Positions 24,032 through 36,990 of a DNA stretch of 64,000 nt are shown piece by piece. The stretch covers positions 1,860,001-1,924,000 of the forward strand of contig OZ218954.1 in assembly GCA_965112735.1 (NCBI GenBank), read 5' to 3'. The DNA comes from Phaeosaccion multiseriatum. Taxonomy: Eukaryota; Protista; Ochrophyta, other classes. The number at the start of each line of letters is the position of its first letter. The stretch's first letter is position 1. The notes beneath the pieces were generated by a model that saw nothing but the letters and a program-made list of their open reading frames with translations, had not been told where the DNA came from and did not search any database. A program made the translations under genes and the position numbers.

Positions 24032-24167
24032 TCTCCCTTTACAACCTCAAAGCATCGTCGCGACGATGATAAACTTTTCCCCCTGAAGTGGTGGTTTCTG
24101 GGGTTGAGATGGGCCTGATCAACTCGCCCTGGGAACGAGCAAATCAGCTCCTCATTGCTGCTCCTGC

Positions 24168-24181
24168 TTATTATATAATAA
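24168..24181. promoter_or_regulatory. Palindromic TATA-like element TTATTATATAATAA
   Basis: 14-bp perfect AT-only palindrome in a GC-rich region, upstream of the hairpin array (minus) and of LAMTOR4 (plus). Function inferred. Confidence 0.4.
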
Positions 24182-24198
24182 TGAAGTCAACTACACGC

Positions 24199-24341
24199 TC
24201 GACCCCTGACACACTATCGCCCACATTCTCGATAGCGCGCTATCGATAGCGGATAGCGTGCCGGCTGGCGCCGGCCGATAGCGGATAGCGCGCCGGCTGG
24301 CGCCGGCGATAGCGGATAGCGGATAGTGTGTCAGGGGTCGA
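24199..24341. mobile_element. 143-bp MITE-like element with 20-bp perfect TIRs and a 6-bp TSD
   Basis: TCGACCCCTGACACACTATC (24199-24218) / GATAGTGTGTCAGGGGTCGA (24322-24341), flanked by ACACGC at 24193-24198 and 24342-24347. Internal GATAGCG repeats. Confidence 0.8.
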
Positions 24342-24540
24342 ACACGCGAAACGAAAAAAAAATTGTACGAAATTACTTTTAGGCAGGCGCGGATGGCACT
24401 TAATGCTCCCCCCCACACCCTCTTCCCTCCTCAATACCCCCCTTCCCTTTCTCCTCCCTCCAATTACACCTTGCCTCTGTATTTCGTAGGCCGCCCACTC
24501 CGAGCTGGTGGAGCTTGGGAAGGGTACCACGCCTACACCC

Positions 24541-25040
24541 ATGGTACGCTGCTCCTCAATCTCTTCCCTTCCTCCCTCTCTCTTCCTCCCTCTCTCTCTC
24601 TCTTCCTCTCTCTTCTTTCTCAGCCTCCTACCTTCCTCAATGCCGCTGATGTTGTACGTGCCTGAAAGCGCACCTCACGTCATTTTCTTCTCGCAATAAC
24701 GTGCTCCATCCTGTGAACCTGGCCCTCCTTCCTCCCCTCCTGCGATCCTCGCCCCTCCACTCAGGAGACTGCAGATTTGACGCAAGTGACCAATCAGCTA
24801 GGCACAGCAGTGATCAAGGCATCATCGGGAGAAATAGTCAAGGCAACAGGAGAGCTAGATGGGTCAGAGGGAGCCATGGTGGCTGGAGCGGTCTTTCAGA
24901 TTCTTCAGGACATGGCGGATGTGCTCACGGAGGGGGAAACCCTGAGAAGAGTGACCTTATCATATCAACACTTTCAGTATGTATTAGCAGTGAGCGCGGG
25001 GCATGTGTTTGTGGTCAAGAAAGCGCCAGAGTCGAATTGA
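24541..25040 (+). CDS. LAMTOR4: Ragulator complex protein LAMTOR4 homolog (roadblock fold); ATG-only first coding exon, second exon 24765-25040
   Basis: ATG|gtacgc...tcag|GAG gives METADLTQVTNQLGTAVIKASSGEIVKATGEL...LRRVTLSYQHFQYVLAVSAGHVFVVKK. This matches the QLGxxV...SGDL...RLSV...VFVVK pattern and the ~95-aa size of LAMTOR4. Confidence 0.75.
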
Positions 25041-25228
25041 GTATGTTTGAGCCTCCTCTATTTGCCAGGGGGGAGTGGGCGCTGTGCATGATCGGCCTGA
25101 GGGAGGCATAGAGAGAGAGAGAGGACTGTACCAGTGGAGAGCGTACGTACGCCATCTCCAACTTATCAATTTTGTAAATATCTCCTCCAAAACGATCGTC
25201 CAACTCGCTCTGCTCTTTTGTTTTGCCT

Positions 25229-27166
25229 CTAGCTCCTGCTCCGGCTACGACTCGCGCTGCTACCACTCGAAGAGTTCCTGCTTCTCTTCCTCCCTCTCCT
25301 TTGCCCACCCCTGCTTCTACTACTTCTCCTGCTGCTCTCGCTTGAGCTGCGGTCCCTGTCCCTGTCCTCGGTTCGCTCTCTGCTCCGGCTCCTGCTTCGG
25401 CTCGGGTTCCTCCCTTTGTCTCCCTCTTCATGCCTCTGCTCTCGCCTGTCCCTCCCCCTCCCCCTGCTCCTGCTCCTGCTCCTGCTCCTGCTGATGCTCC
25501 TGTCTCTCCTTCCGCTTCGTCTAGCTCCTCCATCGTCCTGAGCTGCCAAGGCTCCGTAACCTCCCCTCGGAATATCACGCCCCCTTCTCCCTCTCTGGTC
25601 ATTGTGGCCGCCTCTCTCAAGTCGTCTGTCGCCCCTCCTCTCACCCCACCCCCCTCTCCCTCCTCCTCCTCCTCCTCCTCCTCTCGTTCCAAACGCCCCG
25701 CGTCGTAGGGGCGATCTGGACCTGAACTTTCTAGTCCCTCTCCCCTTGTATGTCACCTTCCCGCTGTCGCCACGGTCTCTCCCGGCCTCGGCCTCTGCTT
25801 CTGATTCCCCGTTGCGACCTTCGCTTGCTACCTCTGTCTTCTTTTCCAAGGCGGAATCGGGTTTGTCTACCTCTTGGTCTGTCTCTCTTCCGACGCTGTC
25901 GTCTCCTCTACGGGAGCTATCGCTATCTGACCGTCTCTTCTTCGCTGCTCGGGCGCCCTCCTCGGCGTCACTGTCACTTCCATCACTTGCATCAGTGCTT
26001 TCCTCGTCCCGCCTCTTGTGCTTTTTCGACTTCTTCTCCTTCTTCTCCTTCTTGCCGCTCTTCTTTTTCTTCTTCGTCTTCTTCTCCTTCTTCTTCTTGG
26101 CCTTTTGGCTGCTGCTACTGCTCTTCCTCTTCTTGTCCTTCTTGGGATCCTTGTCGCCCCCCAAGACTCCACAGCCCGAAATGACGATCTTCTCCAAGTT
26201 AATGGGCGCGTCCTTGAGAGGAGGGAAGGTGGCGGCAGCAGGGAACCAGAAGAATGAGAAGACGCACAAGGCCTTCCACACGAGGAGAAACACAAGAGTA
26301 TGTCCTTGGTCTTGGACACCATGCATGTATCCTCTCACCTTTGCTCCTGTGGTGACTCGCTCCATCTTTTTGACAACGTCTGTCCCCTCTTCTACGCACC
26401 CGAACACTGTTAGGGCGGGAAAGCGAACCGCAGGTCAGATGGCAATATCCCAATCAACAACCACCACGTGGAGGAGGGTAACAAAGGATTCGTATCTTAC
26501 CACCTTGCTTACCAACATGTTTGCCATCAAGATGTGGAGTTGCCTTGGTCGTTATGAAGAACTGGGATCCGTTGGTGTTCGGCCCCGCATTGGCCATGCT
26601 AAGGAGAAACGGACCTGTGTGCTTGCGACAGGGAAACTCGTCCTTAAATGTGCCCCCGTAGATGCTCTCTCCCCCGGTGCTAAGGTGTAAAGGTCGCGAG
26701 GGGAGCTTCGTTAGGCACGGTGGCGCCACCAGACCCTCTTCTTCATCGAGTACACTTACCCGTTATGCCTACTGAAGTCACCGCCCTGGATCATGAAGGA
26801 GGGGATGACACGATGCATCGGTGTACCTTCATAATGCAAGGGCTTGCCGGTCGTTTCGCCAATACCCTTGGAGAGAGAGAGAGAGTGAGTGAGTGAGTGA
26901 GAGTGGAAGAGAGAGTACAACAGTTGGAGCCATTCACCTTCTCGCCAGTGCATAAAGCCTTGAAGTTGGCGCAAGTCAGCGGGACCTCATCTGCGAACAA
27001 AGTAAATATGATTCGCCCAGCCTGAGAGAGAGGGAGGGGAGAGGGGAGGGGGGAGATGAGCGAGCGTCAGCGTCTAAATGAAATAAGCACGCATCCCACC
27101 CCCTACACACACCTTTTCACCCCCGATGGTGATATCGAAGAAGCACCTGTCCTGGTGGGCCTTCAT
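25229..27166 (-). CDS. Nuclear cyclophilin with Lys-rich and RS-rich C-terminus (PPIG/CYP63-like), 6 exons
   Basis: [73 protein letters not shown] and HLDGKHVVFG, followed by a long RS tail. Confidence 0.93.
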
Positions 27167-27284
27167 AGAGCCAAGCAAATCTTTAAAGCCAAAACTCTGG
27201 CAAAATCTTTAAAGAGGGAAAAAGGGGGGGGGGGGGGGGTTGAAACTCACACTGTTTAGGTGGGCGGCCGCAAGTTCATTTGTC

Positions 27285-27363
27285 ATGGCAGACGGTGGAG
27301 CAGTGGAGCTCGCCATCCATCGCTGCAAGTTTGGCAACTGGGAGCCGCCTCCAATCCAGGTGT

Positions 27364-27446
<83 letters not shown>

Positions 27447-27498
27447 TCTCTTTCTTTCTCTCTCTCTCACTCTCTCTCTCGCTCTCTCACTCTCTCTC

Positions 27499-27565
<67 letters not shown>

Positions 27566-30500
27566 CCTATGCAGGCTTTGGCTGTGCGGCCTGGGGACGG
27601 GGAACAGCTCGCCATTGGCCATCCGTCAGGCGCTGTGGACATCGTCTTACCGCACGAAAAGTACAGGGTCAAGGTTAGGATCCCGGGTCATGATGGCGAG
27701 GATAATAAGCTTATGGCTCTGGCCTGGGGCGTAGAAGAGGAGGAGGAGGATGATGGGGACGAGGAGGACGAGGAGGAAGGGGCAGACACGGACTCGGACG
27801 GAGGCGAAGGTCCATCTACACGAGCTGGCTCTACTCCACCTGCTGTCACGGCTGCTGCTCCCAAGGCGCGCCTGTTTGGCTGCTCTCTGAATGGCACCGT
27901 GTTCGAGCTGGACCTGCTCCTCCTCACCACTCGGAGGGTGCGCGACTCGTTCGGGGGGCCTGTGTTCTGCCTCGCGGCTGCCAATCACTCCAGCTGGCTT
28001 TGCTGTGGCTGCGAGGACGGCAGCGTGAGGATTTTCTCTTTTGAGGACGGAGGGCTGGAGTACGTGAGGAGCTTCCCAGGGTCGGGGGCGAGGGTGCTCT
28101 CGGTAGCGTGGGGGCCGGAGGACAGGACGCTGTACGCAGGCGGGGATGACGGACACATCCGCTGCTTTGACACTGCAACCGGCCAGGTAGGCATTCGGGA
28201 AGAGTAGGCGAGGATAGCGAGGATGCCTGCCCTCTTCTCTCTCACCTCCTGCTCTGCCTGCTGACCCCTTACCCCTCCTCTTCTCCTCGTGCCCTGACTT
28301 GGCCGTCACGTGCGGTGTACAGTCCCTCTATCACATGGAAGTGGAGAGCGTTTCCGGAGACCCTGCCAAGGTGTGGTCACTGCTCACTGTGCCCATCTCC
28401 TCCTCCCCTGACGACGACGAGGAAGACGGCAGGTTAGACCGAAGCGAAACAGTACAGTGGGGCTCCGTACAGAGGGCGCATTGTGCCGTTGCCGTGCTAA
28501 ATGTGTTTTCTTCCCTATTGCAGCACGTTAGGCTTTGAGTCTCCTCTGAAACGTAGGCTTTGGTCTCCGCTGAGGAGCTCCCCATTCCATGGCCCCCTCT
28601 TGGTCTCTCCCCCCCCCCCGGCCCCCTCCTCCTGCAACTCCACAGGTACATGATTGTGAGCGGTGATTCCCGAGGCCGCACACGCTTCTGGGACGCAAGC
28701 ACAGGCACGCAGAGGCAGGTGGTGGTGACGCACACGGCCGACATTTGGGCTCTGGCAAAGTCTGGGGATGGAACGAGTGTGTTTGCGAGCGGCGCCGACG
28801 ACAAGGTGGTGAGGCTGCAGTGGGTGCGGGGCAGCAGGCACGAAGAGGTACGTATGTGTGTATATGTGCAAGGAAGAAAAGGTCCCTCTCTCCAGTTTGC
28901 TCCGTGGGTGAAGTTACTTTTGAGACCTTGAGAGGCTGTCTGCGGTACACAGAAAAGTCGTCGCATGAGGAGTGTGAGGGAGCATTGGCCTGGCCATAGC
29001 ACATGTCGACTCACCTCCCTCGCTCTCCTTTCTTACTCCTCATCCCTCTCTCCTTCCATCCTCCTCCTTGTTTAATCCTCCTCTTTCCTCTCCTTCAGGA
29101 CGGCAAGTGGACGTTCTCTCACTCGCACCGCCCGCACACCCATGACGTCAAGGCGCTTGCTGTGCTGCCCACCGGGGGGCTCGGAGACGGCAGCGTCAGC
29201 TATGGAGAAGTGCTCGTCTCCGGTGGAGTTGACACCAAGCTGTGCACCTATGACCTGCGCACGTTCGAGGCCTCCAGGCCCAACCGGATACTCATGCTGC
29301 CCTTTCATCAGGTGCCGTGTGCCGTGAGTTCGAATAGTCCTCCGACCCCCGAATCATGCTCTGGGGCTCCTCGTTGCTCGTTTCGATCTTGCTTTTCTTG
29401 CTCTCCATCTAAGAGCCATCTGTGAGTGAGGCCCCCCCTTAGGCCCTTTGCGACACTCATATTGTGTCCTTCCGTCCTTCCTTCCTTCCTTCCTTCCCTT
29501 CCCCATTCTCCTAGGTGGCGTTTCTGGCCAGGGAAGCTCGACTTCTCATGGTCACCCATGACTCACACGTGGACGTGTGGAGAATACCTCGGGGGGGGGC
29601 GGGGGAAGACATGAACGAAGGTGTTGAGACGGGCGAGCAAGAGGGCGAGAAGGCGACCAAGAAGAAGAGGAAGAGGAAGGGGGAGAAGGACGCGGACAGT
29701 GGAGGCGACGGGGGAGAGAGCCAAAGGACGGCGTTGTCTCTCGTGCTCAAGGGGGAGGGAGTGGATGGACAGGCCCTGCCTTTCGCTCGCTCGGCCGGGC
29801 CCGCGCACGTGTTGCAGCTCAAGACCGCGGGGGGAAGGCACTTCTCCTGCGCGGCGTTTTCTCAGGACGGCCGCTTGCTGGCTCTGTCAGACACAGAGAC
29901 CACCAAGGTCAGAACGGAGTTGAGGAGAGGGGCGGTGGGGGAGAGGCCGGGGACTGGCTCATGACTGGGTGTAGGGAAGAGAGATACATAAATCCATCAG
30001 GACCTCCTTTATCTCTCTCTCTCTTCAGTGTTTTGAGAAGAAACCCACCCTGGATGGAGGAGGCAGCTTTTCCTGTTTTATCCCTCACCCCCCGCCCCGC
30101 CCCCCCCCCCCTTTCTTCTTGTTGCTGTGCTTTTCTCATCACTTGGCCCTGCAAACAGGTCTTCTTGCTTCTTCCCGCACGCGCCTCTGATGCTGCTGCT
30201 CCTCCCGGGGGGGCAGCCTCCGAAGGCGGCAGTGAGGGCACGCGCCTGTCTCCCCGAGCGCTGCGCCTGCCCAGGAGGTGCAAAACCGCGGCGCACAAGA
30301 TGGTAAGGACTGTGTGCAGCTATAGGACACGCAACCCCCTGCGCACAGGGGCGGGGTACACATGAGCGATTGCATACTGCCAGGTCTCGCAAACACACAA
30401 GAGAGTCGAATGACCAAATGACCAAATGATCGGGTGACCAAATGCACACTACTGCTCCCTCAACACCCCCTCCCTCTTCTTTTGTGCTGACGCGAAAATG

Positions 30501-32284
30501 TGATGCGTGCCTGACATTTGCCACATGTCTTGCTGTCTTGCTGCTGTCTCTCCAACCTTTGGTTTGCGGTCTCGCCAGGCCTTTACGCCTGACGGGAAAC
30601 GCCTCATTTTGGCCACGGCCCTGGGCGAGGTGCAGGTGATCGACATACACCCCCGCCCCTCTGACAGGAAGAAGGGTGTGGACGCTACTTTGGCGCACCG
30701 CTTCACGCAACACGTGGACGGAGTGCAAGGGGCGGCAGTAGCGAGAGCCGCGGGGGAGGGGGAGGAGGAGGAGGAGGGCCGGGAAGCATGGCCAATCGTT
30801 TCGCTGAGCGTCAGTAGCGACGGGCAATGGCTTGCCACAGGCGGACTCACCAGCAGCAGCAGCAGCAGCAGAAGTACCAGCGGCAGTGGGAATGGCGACG
30901 TCGTGCACGTGTTCAACTTGAAGACTCTGGAGCACCACTGGACGCTGCCCAAGTGCGGGGATGCGCCTCACGTCGCCACCGCCTTTCACTGCGGGGCGGG
31001 CCCGACACTGGTGGTGCTGACGGCGGACAATTGGTTCGTGCTGGTGGACGTGCAGGAGAGGCAGGTATCGGACTGGAACCTCGACTTGCTGGCCAGAGTT
31101 GGGCAGGGGAAAGTGGGCATCCGGGAGAGTCTGCAGGTACGTCGTGCCATTTGCTCATGACACGTGATGGTGCTACACACAGGGGCGTGAAGGGCGAATA
31201 CCGCATTTTTCTCATGTACTGACAGATGGAGGAGGGCGGGCGGGGGGGGGGGTAGAGGCGTTGCAAGTGGGTGTGTAGTGAAGGGTTGTGCGTTGCCCCA
31301 CCTCACCTGCCCGCGCTCCCTTGTTGCTGGTGCTTGCTTGCCACTGCATCCCCCAAAACGCAACAGGCGGATGTGAAGGCGCCTATCATCGGTGCGGCCT
31401 TCAACCCCGCCAAGCCCGCCACCCTGTGCCTCTACACGCACAGCTCCTTCTGCTACGTCAATCTCAATAGCGCTCTTCCCGCCAGGATATCTGAGCACCC
31501 TCAGAAGCACCTGAAGCGTCGAGGCAATCGGACCCACAGCGGCAGCAGCAGTGGAGCGGCCTTGGTAGCGGGGGGAGCGCACAAGGTGATTGATGGAGAA
31601 GAAGCGCACTCACACACATACAAAGGGCTTGTCTTGGGGAGAGGGGCGGGGGAAGCGTTCAAACAGTAGCGGTCATCCTGCCATGCACACCACGAGCGTC
31701 CTATGCATCAGCTTGTGGTGTGCGTGTGCTTCTTTTTATCTCTGTCTCTGCCCCGAATTCCCGTGTAATTCAGCTTCCGCGTGTAGACAAAAGTCCACTA
31801 TCGCAATGCCTCTCTCTTTCCTTCGTTGGCCCATCTCGACTAACGCGTCTCTCTCTCTCTCTCTCTTCGTTGGCCCGTCGCAACTGCTGCCTGTGCCTGG
31901 CTGTGCCTGAAGGTGACGGTGCTTGGGACGCAGAGCGACGCGGACCTCAGTCGCCGCCAAGAGCAGGAGCGCAAGCGCAAGAGGGGCCTGGAGGGGCAAA
32001 GGGGTGGTGGTGGTGGTGGTGGTGGTGGTGGTGGTGGTGATGGTGGTGATGGTGGTGGTAGCAACGGTGGTGGCAGTAGCAGAAGTAGTAGTAGCAGCAG
32101 CGGCAGCAGCAGCAGTAGTAGTAGTAGTGACAAGCGCAACTTCACGCTTTGTCTGAAGTACCGGCCCTTGCTGCTCGTGGACTTTGTGGCTGGTGATGAG
32201 ATGGTGGTGCTGGAGAACCCCTGGCTCAGGGTGGTCGAGAAGCTTCCGGACATGCTATGGAGGCAGAGGTTCGGCGCGACGTAA
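27285..32284 (+). CDS. UTP4: U3 snoRNA-associated protein 4 (UTP4/cirhin), multi-exon WD40 protein
   Basis: N-terminal IHRCKFGNWEPPPIQALA; GCEDGSVRIF; IVSGDSRGRTRFWD; HRPHTHDVKAL; LVSGGVDTKL; C-terminal KYRPLLLVDF...EMVVLENPW...LPDMLWRQRFGAT*. Confidence 0.92.
27367..27562. repeat. (CT)n microsatellite making up nearly all of UTP4 intron 1
   Basis: Seen directly. Confidence 0.95.
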
Positions 32285-32383
32285 CTAGACTGAAATACAC
32301 CCTCGACATACATTTTGATACATCTCATACGTACATCATCGAATCGGGACCTTGAACCTTCCTTGTTTATTGTGGCGCGGCGC

Positions 32384-32561
32384 TCATTTATACCCGTAAC
32401 GCCCCCTTGATGCCGACGGGTCTCTCCCACGGCCGTGCGCGCCTCCCAGCCTTCTCTTGCCATCGCCCTTGCCCTTGCCCTGGCGCCTGGTGCTGGCGGA
32501 CTTCCTGTGCCTTCTCTCAATGCTCCGTTCTAGCTCTGCCTCCACCTCACTATCATCATAG

Positions 32562-32623
<62 letters not shown>

Positions 32624-34602
32624 GGACTCGTCCGTCTCGTCGTCGCTACTGCTGAGTACATTATCCTTGAAAAGGCCGCTTCGGGTCAACTTCTTGGTAC
32701 GACGAGTCTTGGACACCCTCCTTCGATCCATCTCCTCGTCCTCAGACTCGTCTTCGTCTGAGTCGTCGTCGGATGCTGCCTTGTCTTCCCCTGCCCGCAG
32801 CCGCGACATTCTGCGCAGATACATGACGAGGCGCGCGAGCACGAAGCAAGCCACAACCCCGGCCGCAAAGGCGACGCCCAACCAGATCTTACGTGGCAGA
32901 CTGACACCAAAGTAAACGTCCGTGCCCTCCGTCTTGTCCATCATGCCGTCCCAGAAACTCTCATTGCCGACATCATCATCAGCAGCCTCGGTGGGACCAT
33001 CACCCGCCTCTGCGGTAGTAGCCCATGTCGTGCCCTCCTCCTCGTCACCGACAGACACGCGAGTCGTGCTCTCTTCGTCACTGACGAAGGCGAAGGTAGG
33101 TATCTCCTCGCTAGCTGGGCTCGGGGTCGGGCCCGGGGTCGGGCCCGGGGTCGGGGCCAAGGTTGGAGCCTGGGTCGGGGCGGTGGTGGGGGCCGGGGTG
33201 GGTGGGCTAACGGGCATCCCTACCGCCATATTCTGACGAATCTCCGTCCAGGAGAGGCACCTATCGTACATGGCAGCGAGGTACAGCGTACCCGACCACG
33301 GCTCTACTTCTCTGTCCGCAGCTCCGTGGTAGGCCCCACGACTCAGGAAATGGAGAAGGTAACTGTCGTCCCACATGTCTGCCCACTCATCTACGAAGCT
33401 GGAAACACTCATGGAGATCCACCCCTGTTTGTACCTGATGCCGTTGGCCCAGATAGACACGACTCCGTATCGATAGCCGAAGAAATACCGGGTGACATCG
33501 AAGGTGATCACAATGTGTAGAGGCATGCCTGGCGGGATGGTGAACGCAGTGGCGGTGGTGCTCTGGCAAACGCCTTTGCCAGTACGGACCTGGAAGTGGT
33601 AGTTGGCCCCGCTTTGCCGCACCTCTAAGTTCGAGTTGTCCATGCAATCGAGCGAGGCAGAGTCTGTACCGTCCGCCGTACCGATGCTCATCAAACCATA
33701 GTCCACCGGTGCGTCTGCTTGCACGTCGTCGTGCTCCAGCCACATCTCCCAGGTAAAGCCTTCGAAATCGCTCTCCCGCGCCCGCTCGTTCATTGCTGTC
33801 GCGTCACCGACTGAAGAGACCCGTGCTGTGCTCGTCGGAGCTGCCCCCGACACCACCCCCGGGCTGCTTCTCAGGCAGCTTACCCCCTCGGAGCTCAACT
33901 CGAGGTCACCAAACCAGCCTCCTCCTCCTTCTGCCTGTGGTACACTTCCCGCTTCACACTCGCTGCGGGGGAACTCGAACAGGAAGACCGGGTCCGCCAC
34001 TCTCTCTCGAACGGCATTCTCGCCCTGGAAAATGATGCCCATCTTGGCCATCTCAGACTCTGCGTCGCTCGAGTCGACTGTGTGGAAGTAGACGACGGCC
34101 GTCACCCTGGCCCGACGCAAGCGAAAATGTTCGAAAGGACGCGGGGAGGGGGGGGTGGGGGGGGGGGGCTTGTCAGATCAAATCCTCTCTCTCTCCCTCA
34201 GCACTTCGGCAATAGCAAAGCCTCCCCTTTCCCCTTTGACTCGAAGGATGAGAACACGTACAAGGTATCTGCTGCGGGGACAGTGGAGGGTGTATAAGCG
34301 GCCTGCATGCCCCAGAGCAGGTCTCCGTCGAGCACAGATACGGAGGATACCTCTCCGCTATCCGCATGCACTTGGTAGAGAATACCGTCGTCGGGGACAG
34401 TCGCGATCCGAACAGCCTTCACGTCGTCGCCTTCGTCCTCGTCGTACCCCGTGAAGGTGATGACGTCGAAGCCGGCTGCTGCGGACTCTCCGGAGTATAT
34501 GACAATCGTAGAGCTCACCGCCACGGGGGACGTGTTATCCACCAGTCCCGCTACGCAGGCCAGTGTGGCAAGGAAGAAAACCAGGCGCGCAACCACGTCC
34601 AT
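32384..34602 (-). CDS. Type I membrane protein with a LamG/concanavalin-like domain, PT repeats, TM helix and poly-Asp cytoplasmic tail; 2 exons
   Basis: Signal peptide MDVVARLVFFLATLACVAG; FTWEMWL...HIVITFD...SIWANG...WSGTLYLAAMYDRCLSWTEIRQN (LamG-like); PTPAPT repeats; TM IWLGVAFAAGVVACFVLA; (GAT)n tract near 32553-32622. Confidence 0.8.
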
Positions 34603-34874
34603 CTCTCCCACGGAGAATTTGGGGGTGTTGCTCTCGCTTCCCTCTCCACTGCCGCTGCTGCAGCTGGTCTACCTCACGCGGAGCCTGTGAATGTAGCGCG
34701 ATCATGCCTTCTTCGTCCATCTTGACGCAGCAGTGTTGTTTGTTGCTCCTATGCTTGTAACTCCTTTTTCTTATGTTTTCACTCATGTTGCCGCCCAAAA
34801 TCCGATTCGAAATCCATAATCCCGTCTGGTGCCATCCGCCTTTATTTCCCAAATCCTGCAACATACCCTTTCCT

Positions 34875-36990
34875 ATGCGGCGCCTCAGACAGCACGGCGC
34901 CGGGAGGGATAAGCTGCAGAGCATCTTGCTCCTCATTCTCGGCCTCAGCAGCGGAAATGTTTTGGCGTTTTGCAGTGGAAGCACCGCCCGCGGCGGCATG
35001 CTGACCCCTCGAACAAGAGCCGCCTTCACCCCCTTCAACCCTGCTTCTCCCTCCTCCTCAGGGAGTGGCGCCGCTGCTCTCTTCGGAGAGAGGATGAAGG
35101 TGGTGGCCTCCGTTAGAGGCGGAACAGACAGCAGCGGAAGGACAGCTCTCAGCATGGCGTCCTTGGGGCCCGTCACTCTCCCCTTGGTGGTGCCACAGGG
35201 AATCTCCCCTTTAGCCTGGGATGGAGGAGTGTCTATCGTGGCCCTTCTGTTAGCCACAGTGTGGCTAAAGGTGAGTACATGTCTTCAAGGCGCGCATTCT
35301 CCCATGCCTATCGTAATGGCCACAGTTGTGGATCTGCGGAGACTCGGCTCACAAGCTTTCCCCCATCGTCTGGGTGCCCATCCTTTCTGTCGCGATAATG
35401 TGCGTGTCATGCTGATACGTAGATCTGGACGACGCTGGCAGGGAAAGGAGTCATCGACCCCAAGGTTCGTGAAAGGAACGGCACGGCGAAGTTCCCACGC
35501 GCTTCATTATGCCACGCTCCGCTCCTCTTTTAGATCCTGGCTTATGCCTGTACTCGTGTTCTTGCCTGCCACAGGTGTCTAGGAAAGTGATTCATTCGGG
35601 TAGCGGGCCCTTGTTTATGCTCACATGGCCCTTCTTTAGTTCCTCCCCCGGCGCGCGCTTTGTCGCCGGATTAGTGCCTCTTGCGTTGGCCGTGAAGCTC
35701 ACGCTGGCGGGGCTGGGGAAGGGGGGGAAAGGGGGGAAGGAGCTCTCCTTTGCCGTGTCCAGAAGTGGGGACGAGTCAGAGGCTCTTAAAGGTGCGCACA
35801 GGCAGCAGCTCTCTTGTGTGTTGAGGGAGAGAGACGGGGAGAGGTGATGTGGCATTGGCCCATCCGCTGCTGAGCACAGCACAAACGGAGAGGAAATAGA
35901 ACGATTTTTTTTGTCCCCCCATCTGCCTGCTGCTTTCTCACTGCTTCTTACCCCCCCCTTTCCTCCCCCCTTTGGCGTTGGCGTTGCGTTGGACGGCGGC
36001 AGCTCCCTTGACTTACGTGCTAGTGCTCGGTCTGGCGACCGTGGTCGAGTGGCGCTCCTCCATACTAGGCCTGTTGGCGGTCACGCAGCTGGCCGTGGGA
36101 GACGGACTAGCTGACCTGGTGGGGCGCCGGGTTGGGGGCAAGAAGTGGTGGTTCAGTGACTCCAAGGTGTGATCAAAAATCTATGATGGAAACGAGTGTA
36201 CGTGGAAGGGCAGTACTACTCACTGACTTGCATGAGTTGCGTGAGACAGGCCTACTCTCTGTCAAAGGAGGTGTAGAAGAAAGACGACTTGGGTCAAGTT
36301 GAAAGTTGAAACTGACACTGGGCACGACTTTGCAACCCCCAGCCACGCGCCCGCTCTCGCTCCCCGCTGCATGTCTTTGCTCAGCCTCACCTACCTCGCA
36401 ACACCTGCTCTCTCTGTCGTCAGAGCTACGCCGGATCGGCGGCCTTCGCCATCGGATCTTTCGTGGCCAGTTTGGGCCTGATACAGTGGCTCAACTTCGC
36501 GGGCTGCCTCCCATGGACAGTGCCACAAGCCGCCACAAAGGTGTGTGCCATGTGGATTGGGCCATGGCCTTTGGCCTTCCCACCTGTAGAGACGATTCTC
36601 ATGCTATGAGTGAGCTGAGCTATCTCTCTCTCTCTGCGTGTCTCTCTTCTCTCTCTCTCTGTCTCCATCTGTCTGTCTCTTGCCCCTCTGCCCCCTGTCT
36701 GTCCATCTGTCTCTTTCCCCTTTTTGGTCTTTTGGTGTGCCTCCCTTCTCTGTGTTGTCTGTTTGTTTCTCTCATTCTCTCTCTGTCCGTCTCTCTCTCT
36801 CTCTCCACGCACTCTTTTGATGTGTGGTGCTCAAACCGCTTCCTGTCGGTGGTGCCATGGTCCGATGCAGGTTGCCCTCGTCTCTGCGGCGTGTGCTGTG
36901 GTGGAGGTGCTGCCCTTGGGCGACGACAACATTTCTGTGCCGCTGGCAGCGGCAGCACTGGGCAGATTTCTGTTCCATATCATCCAGTAG
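34875..36990 (+). CDS. Phytol/farnesol kinase (VTE5/FOLK family), probably plastid-targeted
   Basis: SRKVIHSGSGPLFMLTWPFF, SRSGDESEALK, GDGLADLVGRRVGGKKW, KSYAGS and EVLPLGDDNISVPL. The N-terminal signal ends VLA-F and is followed by a Ser/Arg-rich transit-like segment. Confidence 0.88.

Noticed and set aside
22800-24070. Functional PPR protein gene or simple PPR pseudogene
   Set aside because: PPR-like fragments alternate in orientation, cover only part of the motif and are interrupted by stops and frameshifts on both strands. A fold-back array explains them better.
31146-31230. Possible C/D snoRNA in a UTP4 intron (CCATTTG...CTGA-CAGATGG)
   Set aside because: Box C is poor and misplaced relative to the stem, and no target was recognised.
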